Below are positions 57,184-64,000 of a stretch of DNA of 64,000 nucleotides, piece after piece. The translations under genes and the position numbers were made by a program. Each line of letters starts with the position of its first letter. Positions within the stretch are counted from its first letter, which is position 1. The notes under the pieces are model-generated. The model made no database searches and was not told the origin of the DNA. It worked only from the letters and a program-made list of their open reading frames with translations. Origin of the DNA: Patescibacteria group bacterium (GTDB taxonomy: Bacteria > Patescibacteriota > Patescibacteriia > UBA1558 > UBA10009); assembly GCA_018818425.1 (NCBI GenBank), contig JAHISB010000026.1, positions 525-64,524 on the forward strand. Direction: 5' to 3'.

Positions 57184-57933
57184 ATGCTACAAATCTGGCT
57201 ATATTCTTTAATCAGCGTGATGGTTGTTAGTTTGATTTCATTGATTGGTGCTCTGACTTTAGTCATTAAAATTGATAAACTAAAAAAGGTTTTGATTCTG
57301 TTCGTCAGCTTTTCGGCCGGCGCGCTTTTGGGCGGCGCTTTTTTTCATTTGCTGCCGGAGGTTGTGGGGCAAATAGGTTTTGGGGCCAAAACCGGAACCT
57401 TGCTGATTGGCGGCATTTTTATCTTTTTTGTTTTAGAAAAATATATTCACTGGCGCCACTGCCACGAACCGGACTGCGAAGAACATCCTCACCATTTAGG
57501 CAAGATGAATTTAGTCGGTGATGGACTGCATAACTTTATTGACGGATTGATAATCGCCGCCAGTTACCTAATTTCGATACCTTTAGGCATTGCTGCGACT
57601 CTGGCTATTATCTTCCATGAAATTCCCCAGGAGATTGCTGATTTTGGCGTACTGCTGCATAGCGGCTTTAGTAAAGCCAAAGCAATTATTTACAATTTAC
57701 TTTCAGCTTCGATAGCCCTTTTAGGAGTAATAATTGGAATTCTGCTTGGAAAAAATAATGAGCTTTTAACTTTATATATTCTGCCAATTGCTGCCGCCGG
57801 CTTCATCTATATTGCCACGGCCGACCTGATTCCCGAACTTCATAAAGAAACTAAAATGTCCAAGTCGCTGCTGCAACTGGTGAGTTTTATCATCGGAGCA
57901 TTTATAATGTATTTATTGACTTTAATGGAATAA
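57184..57933 (+). CDS. ZIP family metal transporter
   Basis: HLLPE, HWRHCH, DGLHNFIDG, HEIPQE. Confidence 0.92.
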   Translation: MLQIWLYSLISVMVVSLISLIGALTLVIKIDKLKKVLILFVSFSAGALLGGAFFHLLPEVVGQIGFGAKTGTLLIGGIFIFFVLEKYIHWRHCHEPDCEEHPHHLGKMNLVGDGLHNFIDGLIIAASYLISIPLGIAATLAIIFHEIPQEIADFGVLLHSGFSKAKAIIYNLLSASIALLGVIIGILLGKNNELLTLYILPIAAAGFIYIATADLIPELHKETKMSKSLLQLVSFIIGAFIMYLLTLME

Positions 57934-57935
57934 AA

Positions 57936-58406
57936 ATGTTTCTAATAAAATCGCCGGCCAGCAAAAATTATCAAAAGAGCAACTCCATTACCTCGGTGGA
58001 TTTTTTTGTTTCTCCCAAGGCCAAAAAGGCGGCTGATGATATTATGAATTCAAAAAAAACAGCTGACAGGCAGATGTTGGCTAACATTTTAATTGACGAA
58101 CTCGATAATAACGCCGGCCTAGAAAAAGCCAAAGTAAAAATTTCCGACACTAGGCAGTATCACAAAAAATACAACGGCCGGGTTGTTGCCAAGCGGTATG
58201 GCTATTACCGGCCAAAATCCAACTACATCTATATTCAAAATCTGACGGCCGTCAGGGGCCAGATCTTGGCGCCTAAAACTTTTTTAAACACCCTGCTTCA
58301 CGAGTGGCTGCACCATTATGATTATCGGAAACTAAAATTAAACTCTATTCACACTAAAGGGTTTTATTTACGATTGAGGTCTTTAAAAGATGAATTATGT
58401 GTCTAA
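57936..58406 (+). CDS. SprT/YgjP-like zinc metalloprotease domain protein
   Basis: TLLHEWLHH...HTKGF. Confidence 0.7.
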   Translation: MFLIKSPASKNYQKSNSITSVDFFVSPKAKKAADDIMNSKKTADRQMLANILIDELDNNAGLEKAKVKISDTRQYHKKYNGRVVAKRYGYYRPKSNYIYIQNLTAVRGQILAPKTFLNTLLHEWLHHYDYRKLKLNSIHTKGFYLRLRSLKDELCV

Positions 58407-58492
58407 AACCAAACCCAGCTCCTTGCGGGGCTGGGTTGGAACTTATTTTCTTAAGGAAAATAATTTTAGTTTAATTTGGACAGCTCCCTGCT

Positions 58493-58666
58493 TTAGAATC
58501 GCCTTTTAGGACGGCTGCTTTTTCTTTGCTGATGACAATCCCTGCAGTAGAGAGGCCTGTCACCGTCTGGCTCAAAAGGCAATTCTTTAATTTCTGCCCC
58601 GCAACCGGAGCAGGTCCAACTGCCTTGATACATCTGGCGCTGACCAAAGTCGTTTCCTTGATTCAT
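58493..58666 (-). CDS. CxxC-x17-CxxC zinc-ribbon protein (57 aa)
   Basis: CSGCGAEIKELPFEPDGDRPLYCRDC; absent from the ORF track. Confidence 0.85.
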   Translation of the reverse strand: MNQGNDFGQRQMYQGSWTCSGCGAEIKELPFEPDGDRPLYCRDCHQQRKSSRPKRRF

Positions 58667-58873
58667 GTTGAATGACTTTTTTGTATTTTGCCTGCCAACT
58701 TTTCAAAACGACTTTGATCGAGCCAAGCTCGATTTTGATTGAGTCAAGCCAGACTTTAGTCAAATCAGACTTGATTCTGGTCAAAAAGCTCTTTTGAATA
58801 ATTAAGCTAAACAAAACACTTAATAATTAGTAGGATAAGTTTAGCAGTAAATGAATTTTTTGTCAATTGCCCC

Positions 58874-60166
58874 CTAATTTTCACGCAAATAGCCCCAGCT
58901 ATGCAGTTTATCGCTGTCTTCGTACCACCTCTCGCCGATATCATCGCGGTAATACATATTGGGTATTAAAATATTCTGAATTCTGTTGTAAACCTGCTGC
59001 TGGGCCTGCTTCATGGTTAAACCGGCGCCCACCACAATCAGGGCCACGCCGGCCGAACCGGTAACTGTCCACTGGTCATTGACCAATTTTACGTCTTCAA
59101 TATGAATGCCGTCCAGATTGGATTTTTTGAATACAATGGTGGCGTCTTTGGAATAGGAATCAAAAGTTTTTTTATCCCTAAACGGATACGGCGGCACCAC
59201 TACCCTGATGCCGATCTGAAAGCCCTTTTTAACTTTTAAATTAGGATCTTTATTGAGGGCTAATTCGTATAAAAATTCGCCGATCGGAGTGATCATGGCT
59301 TCCTGCTGGATGCTGATGGTGGGGTAGCCAAAACGGGAAGTAAATTCCAAAGGATAAATGCCGTTATTATTAACAATGCAATTAATGTCTATATAGCCCA
59401 CATAACCCTCTTCGGCCAGCTTGGCTTCCATTTTTAACAAAGTCTGGTTAAATAGTTTGTTGGGGCCGCTCCAGAACATACTGGTGCCCATTTCGCCGGT
59501 GGCCGGACCAATGTTACCCGGAAATAATTTTTTATGTTCAAAATTAATATTGATAGGATAAATAAATTTATGGCCGTTAAAAAACGCTCCCACCGCCACC
59601 TCAACTCCGTTAACCTGTTTTTGCAGCTGAAAAACCTTTATTTTATTAGACCAGACTCTTTTATAGGCCTCCAGCACCCGCACAACATCGCTGCCGTCTT
59701 CTTCCATGCCGACAAATAATAACCGTTTAATATTTTGAGCTTCTCCGCTGGGCTTAATAACATATCGGTCAGGATTTTGTTTAACGTAATTAACTGCTTC
59801 ATCAAAGTTAGTAAATGTTTGATAAGATAAAATGTTTATCCCGGCTTTTTTAAGCTCTTCTTGACCAAAAGAACGGTCTTCTTCCAATCTTTCAGTATAA
59901 GGAGTGCCGCCAATGACCTTTTTACCCTGTCTTTTTAACTTAGCTGCCTTTAGACCTTGGCCAATTGAATCGTCAAAAACAATAACTTCAGCCCAGTCTA
60001 TCCAAGATTGCCAATCATCCGCCTTGGGTACCAGGCCGTCGGCTGAATCTTTAAACTCTTTATCCTCGATGTACATTTTTACCTCATGACCTTCTTTTAT
60101 TACTTGCCAGGCAATATCGCTGATTAAGCCGTAGTTAGAATAAAATAAAAATTTTTTCTTTTCCAT
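58874..60166 (-). CDS. PurD-like ATP-grasp ligase (divergent)
   Basis: LEEDRSFG, VIKPSG, EHKKLFPG, TGEMG, LEFTSRFGYP, YYRDDIG. Confidence 0.8.
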   Translation of the reverse strand: MEKKKFLFYSNYGLISDIAWQVIKEGHEVKMYIEDKEFKDSADGLVPKADDWQSWIDWAEVIVFDDSIGQGLKAAKLKRQGKKVIGGTPYTERLEEDRSFGQEELKKAGINILSYQTFTNFDEAVNYVKQNPDRYVIKPSGEAQNIKRLLFVGMEEDGSDVVRVLEAYKRVWSNKIKVFQLQKQVNGVEVAVGAFFNGHKFIYPININFEHKKLFPGNIGPATGEMGTSMFWSGPNKLFNQTLLKMEAKLAEEGYVGYIDINCIVNNNGIYPLEFTSRFGYPTISIQQEAMITPIGEFLYELALNKDPNLKVKKGFQIGIRVVVPPYPFRDKKTFDSYSKDATIVFKKSNLDGIHIEDVKLVNDQWTVTGSAGVALIVVGAGLTMKQAQQQVYNRIQNILIPNMYYRDDIGERWYEDSDKLHSWGYLREN

Positions 60167-60173
60167 AAATTTA

Positions 60174-62570
60174 TTAAATCATAGTTTTTCTTTTATAACG
60201 ATTGATAGCTAAAGAAATAATCTCCTCTAACAGCTCCGGGTATTGCAGATTAATTAATTTAGCGGCTCGGGGCAAAAAAGCTTTCTCCGCCAAAGAAGGG
60301 TTGGGATTAAGTTCTAAAACATAGGGATTGTTATCCTTATCTACCCTAATTTCCACCTGGCCGTAGTCCTGGCAGTCCATAATATTATAAGTATCCAGAG
60401 CGATTTCCGTAATTAAAGTTTCCAGCTTTTTGCTGATATTTTTAGCCGGCTGCTGCAGCTTTATTTTATGATACACCGGTTTGCTGGAAAATTTAGCTTC
60501 CAGAGTATAAATCCGCCAGTATCTTTTAGGCAGGTCTTTAAAGATAGAACGGATTAACGGCAAGACTTCTAAATCCTCGAATTCGCTGCCCAAAATGGAA
60601 ACATCATATTCATCGCCTTCAATGTATTCTTCCACCAGGGCCGGGGACTGGTATTCCACAATTATTCTTTTTAACATTTTATCCAAATCCTTTTTGTTGG
60701 TAACTATCGACTCATTGGAAATACCGAAAGTTTTATCGGCGTTGCCGGGCTTGATAATAAGCGGGTACTCCAGCTCCGGATCGATCTCGTCTTCTAAATC
60801 GAAAGCGTAATCCCATTTAGGAGTGGGTATGTTATGAAAGCTCAATAGTTTCTTAGCCCTTATTTTATCTTTAGCCAAATGCAAAGTAAAGGCCGAGGAG
60901 CCGGTATAAGGTATTTGCAGAGCGTCTAAAATAGCCGGTATATTAGCCATCTGCCGGTCATCAAAATTTATCTGTTCGGCCAGATTAAAAAACAGGTCGA
61001 TCTCGCCCTTTTTAAGCTCGTTAAAAGCTTTAATAAAATTATTAAAATCTATCAGGCTGGCTTGATAGCCCTTTGCCTTAAGCGCTTGTTCTATGGCTAA
61101 GGCGGTTGTAGTCAGCTCTCTTTGAATTTCCTGCGCCCCTTCGCTGTATAAATTATAGCCTATGCCGATTCGCAGATTTTTTAAATCCTGCTTGGCCGTC
61201 CTGTTGATCTGTTCAATTTTAGCGGCTTTTAAAACTAAATTTTTTCTTAAAACCGCCGAAGAAAAGCGGTTCTTTCTGGAGGTTTTGCCAAAGGCCGATT
61301 CGGTATCAAATTTAGCCACAGAATAATTGATGAATTTTAAGGCCTCTTTTAAATTATCCTCGGCATCCAGCAGATTATCGCCCGCCACGGTTATCCAGCC
61401 CAAGTACTCATAGCCCTCGGGAGGCGCCAGCACCGGATCGCCAATCTGTTTATAAAAATGGAGCTCTTCTAAATATTTCTGCTGTTTTAATTTTTCATCA
61501 ATATCCAATGTAACCAAAATGCCTGAATCCTCGGTTAAAAAATCCTGGCCGGTGAAATATTTTCTGGGCACCTCCGGTTTTTTTACCTTAATAAAAACGC
61601 CCAAAGCAATCTTGGCGGCCAGGTCTATCATATCTACGTTCCAGGCGCCTTTCATAAAGGAATAAACCTCATCGCCGCCCATGCGCAGATTAATTTCAAT
61701 AGGCACCGGCCCGTTTTTAGCGGCCTTGGCTTCAAAATGAATGCAGCCGTTTTGCACGCCCAGCTTTTCCAAAACATCTTCGGCCATTACAAACAACTCT
61801 GTCTGGCTCTTTAAAGGCAGGCTGGAAGGAATAGAAAAGCCCGTTTCAATAAAAAAGGGCTCGTTGGTTCTGTAATTATCGGTGATGGAATAAAATTTAA
61901 TTTTGCCGTTCTGCAGCAGAATATCAATATCCACTTCATCGCCGTCGATATATTCTTCCACCAGCACCTCCAGGCCTTCGGTCAAGGCCGACTCAACGGT
62001 CGTGGAAATATTATTTTTTATATACTGATAAGTATTAAATAGTTCATCCTCGTTCTCCACTTTAACCACATAAGCGCTACTGGAGCCGTAAACCGGCTTA
62101 ATGACCATGGGGAATTTAAAAGTTTGGCTTATTTTCTTTAAATCTTCCTGCTTTTTTATTAATTTATATTGCGGAGCCGGTAAACCGTTAGTCCGGCAAA
62201 ACTCCCTGAACAAAAATTTATTTCTGACGGTCTTGGCCAGATTAAACGGTATGCCAATCAGATTAAACTTGTCGATTATCTTAGAAACCAGCAAAACATC
62301 ATCTTCCCAAAAGGTGATGGCGCCGCCGATTTTAACCCCGGGATTGGCCGCCATAAACAATTTAATATTTTGAATAACCTCCTGATGATTAAAGGTATCG
62401 GCTAAAATCCAATGGTCAACATAGGGCTCTGCCCAATTCTTTTCTTTATTCAAGACTACTAACTTAAAATTGAGAGCTTTTAATCTTTGAATGATAAATT
62501 TTTTTTTGATTAAACCGGTATTAACCAGCAGTAAATATTTCTCGCCCGGCTTGCTATTATTGTTGTTCAT
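60174..62570 (-). CDS. tandem ATP-grasp protein (L-amino-acid-ligase-like + Ddl-like domains)
   Basis: VIKPVYGSSS, EEYIDG, EINLRMGG; PYTGS, IIKPG, EEYIEG, LELNPNP. Confidence 0.85.
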   Translation of the reverse strand: MNNNNSKPGEKYLLLVNTGLIKKKFIIQRLKALNFKLVVLNKEKNWAEPYVDHWILADTFNHQEVIQNIKLFMAANPGVKIGGAITFWEDDVLLVSKIIDKFNLIGIPFNLAKTVRNKFLFREFCRTNGLPAPQYKLIKKQEDLKKISQTFKFPMVIKPVYGSSSAYVVKVENEDELFNTYQYIKNNISTTVESALTEGLEVLVEEYIDGDEVDIDILLQNGKIKFYSITDNYRTNEPFFIETGFSIPSSLPLKSQTELFVMAEDVLEKLGVQNGCIHFEAKAAKNGPVPIEINLRMGGDEVYSFMKGAWNVDMIDLAAKIALGVFIKVKKPEVPRKYFTGQDFLTEDSGILVTLDIDEKLKQQKYLEELHFYKQIGDPVLAPPEGYEYLGWITVAGDNLLDAEDNLKEALKFINYSVAKFDTESAFGKTSRKNRFSSAVLRKNLVLKAAKIEQINRTAKQDLKNLRIGIGYNLYSEGAQEIQRELTTTALAIEQALKAKGYQASLIDFNNFIKAFNELKKGEIDLFFNLAEQINFDDRQMANIPAILDALQIPYTGSSAFTLHLAKDKIRAKKLLSFHNIPTPKWDYAFDLEDEIDPELEYPLIIKPGNADKTFGISNESIVTNKKDLDKMLKRIIVEYQSPALVEEYIEGDEYDVSILGSEFEDLEVLPLIRSIFKDLPKRYWRIYTLEAKFSSKPVYHKIKLQQPAKNISKKLETLITEIALDTYNIMDCQDYGQVEIRVDKDNNPYVLELNPNPSLAEKAFLPRAAKLINLQYPELLEEIISLAINRYKRKTMI

Positions 62571-62764
62571 AAAGTAATATTATTATACCTCCCTTATACG
62601 AGTAATGTAAATCCCTTTTGACCACAGGATGTTATGCCGCATAGCCAGCTCCGGCGGAAGCTAAGGAACTCTCCTGGGATGTAAGTAATTTGCCATAATT
62701 TTCTAAAGTGGTAAAATAATGATTACTATACCCTTTCGCTTTTATAATTCCAAAGTGGCGGAGT

Positions 62765-62865
62765 TTAGCATGAGAACATGGAAGCATGTGAGCATGAGAG
62801 CATTTAATCACATGTTCTAATACTCTAATTACTCCAATGTTCCAATGCTCTAATGTTCCAATAAT
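62765..62865. repeat. octamer inverted array (GAGCATGR/AATGTTCY)
   Basis: agcatgag/agcatgtg units then aatgttcc/aatgctct units. Confidence 0.7.
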
Positions 62866-62884
62866 AATTAACCACACCAACTCA

Positions 62885-63100
62885 ATGAAAATCAATATCC
62901 TTAAAGACATCTGCATCGGCTGCGGCACCTGCGTGGCCTTAGCTGACGGCGCTTTCGAAATGGGCGCCGACAATAAACCTCTGGTTAAAGAACGGCCCAA
63001 CAACACCGACGAGGAAATTATTAACGCCGCCAGGGCCTGCCCGGTTTCGGCTATCGAAATTCATAGTGGCAGCGGCAATAAACTTTGGCCGGAGAATTAA
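62885..63100 (+). CDS. ferredoxin
   Basis: CIGCGTC...CPVSAI. Confidence 0.9.
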   Translation: MKINILKDICIGCGTCVALADGAFEMGADNKPLVKERPNNTDEEIINAARACPVSAIEIHSGSGNKLWPEN

Positions 63101-63105
63101 AATTT

Positions 63106-64000
63106 ATGACTTTAGGAATTAACTGGAAAATTTGCGGACCCGCCGGTTTTGGGATAATGTCCGTTGGCCGCATGTTTGCCAAAACCTGTTTAAGGCACGG
63201 CTGGCAGGTTTTTTGTTATACCGAATATCCTTCGCTGATCAGGGGCGGACATAACACATACCAAGTGCATGCTAACCCTAAGGATGTAAAAAGCCAAAAG
63301 AAAAATATAGAAATTTTAATTGCTCTTAATGAGAATACCATTGTCCAAAATCAGGGCGAACTGACTGATGGCGGAGCGGTAATTTACGATCCGGAAAAAA
63401 TTCCCAATATCCCCGATAAAAAACCAAGTTTAAAATATCTTGAAGTTCCCTTGAATAAAATTTCCAAAGAAATCTGCGGCACCGATTTAATGAAGAATAC
63501 GGTGGCCATGGGAGCCAGCTTAGGAATTTACCAAGGCGAGTTAGAAATATTAAATGATTTGATTAAAGAAGAATTTGCAAGCAAAAAGGGAAAAATTATT
63601 CAGCAGAATATAGAGGCGGCTAAAAAGGGTTATGAATTTGTGGGTCAAAATTCTGAATTAATAACCGGCAAACCCAAACTAACCAAGATTAAAGCTCCGG
63701 AACGAATCTTAATTACCGGCAACGAAGCAGTGAGCTTAGGCGCTCTGGCTGCCGGCTGTAAATTCTATGCGGCTTATCCCATGACGCCGGCAACTTCTAT
63801 CCTCCACTTTTTAGCCAAGCAGGAACGTAATTATGATATGGTCGTTAAGCAGGCGGAAGATGAAATTGCGGTGATTAACATGGCCATTGGCGCTTCGTTT
63901 GCCGGCGCGCGCTCGCTGTGCGCCACTTCGGGCGGCGGCTTTGCCTTAATGAACGAAAGCTTGGGCTTTGCCGCCATTGCCGAAATACCTTTAGTGGTTA
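63106..64000 (+). CDS. 2-oxoacid:acceptor oxidoreductase alpha subunit (partial, runs off window)
   Basis: GPAGFGI, YPSLIRGGHN, YPMTPA, QAEDEIA, ATSGGGF. Confidence 0.92.
   Translation, partial: MTLGINWKICGPAGFGIMSVGRMFAKTCLRHGWQVFCYTEYPSLIRGGHNTYQVHANPKDVKSQKKNIEILIALNENTIVQNQGELTDGGAVIYDPEKIPNIPDKKPSLKYLEVPLNKISKEICGTDLMKNTVAMGASLGIYQGELEILNDLIKEEFASKKGKIIQQNIEAAKKGYEFVGQNSELITGKPKLTKIKAPERILITGNEAVSLGALAAGCKFYAAYPMTPATSILHFLAKQERNYDMVVKQAEDEIAVINMAIGASFAGARSLCATSGGGFALMNESLGFAAIAEIPLVV

Noticed and set aside
58587-58814. 75-aa minus-strand ORF
   Set aside because: It overlaps the better-supported CxxC-x17-CxxC gene in another frame.
305-62373. Many short ORFs antisense to or nested in long genes
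   Set aside because: Shadow ORFs of well-supported genes with no recognisable motifs.
1-64000. Diversity-generating retroelement, retron, prophage or rRNA
   Set aside because: No reverse transcriptase, TR/VR pair, phage structural gene or rRNA sequence is visible.

Overview
A low-GC bacterial chromosome segment using genetic code 11, most likely from a Patescibacteria/CPR (Parcubacteria-like) organism. This is inferred from the CPR-type secG plus membrane-anchored peptide-binding protein, HhH-less UvrC, translin, Elp3, VanW, bactofilin-like and DUF5666-like genes. It carries housekeeping genes (uvrC, secG, rnj, trpS, murI, glyA, uvrD, rnc, nusB, rpmF), a pyrimidine/arginine cluster (deaminase-argG-argH-pyrD, then pyrK-pyrE-pyrF), five tRNAs, an IS30 element, a tRNA-His-anchored defence island (Hhe-like helicase-nuclease plus DUF4365-like nuclease), a RelBE-type toxin-antitoxin pair and an ATP-grasp pair. 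The most striking signals are as follows. (1) A pervasive set of short non-autonomous repeats: inverted 7-10-mer arrays at many gene junctions, and several REP/MITE hairpin families that sit in frame inside conserved proteins and pile up in duplicated 5' ends of tRNA-Leu, tRNA-Glu and murI. (2) A divergent Elp3 plus Trm9/ALKBH8-like pair suggesting eukaryote-type mcm5U wobble modification. (3) Three or four unannotated structured RNA candidates, one split by the IS30 insertion. (4) A pyrL-like leader peptide and attenuator. (5) A T9SS-CTD protein in a lineage not known to have T9SS. All calls come from reading motifs by eye; no database searches or folding programs were run.
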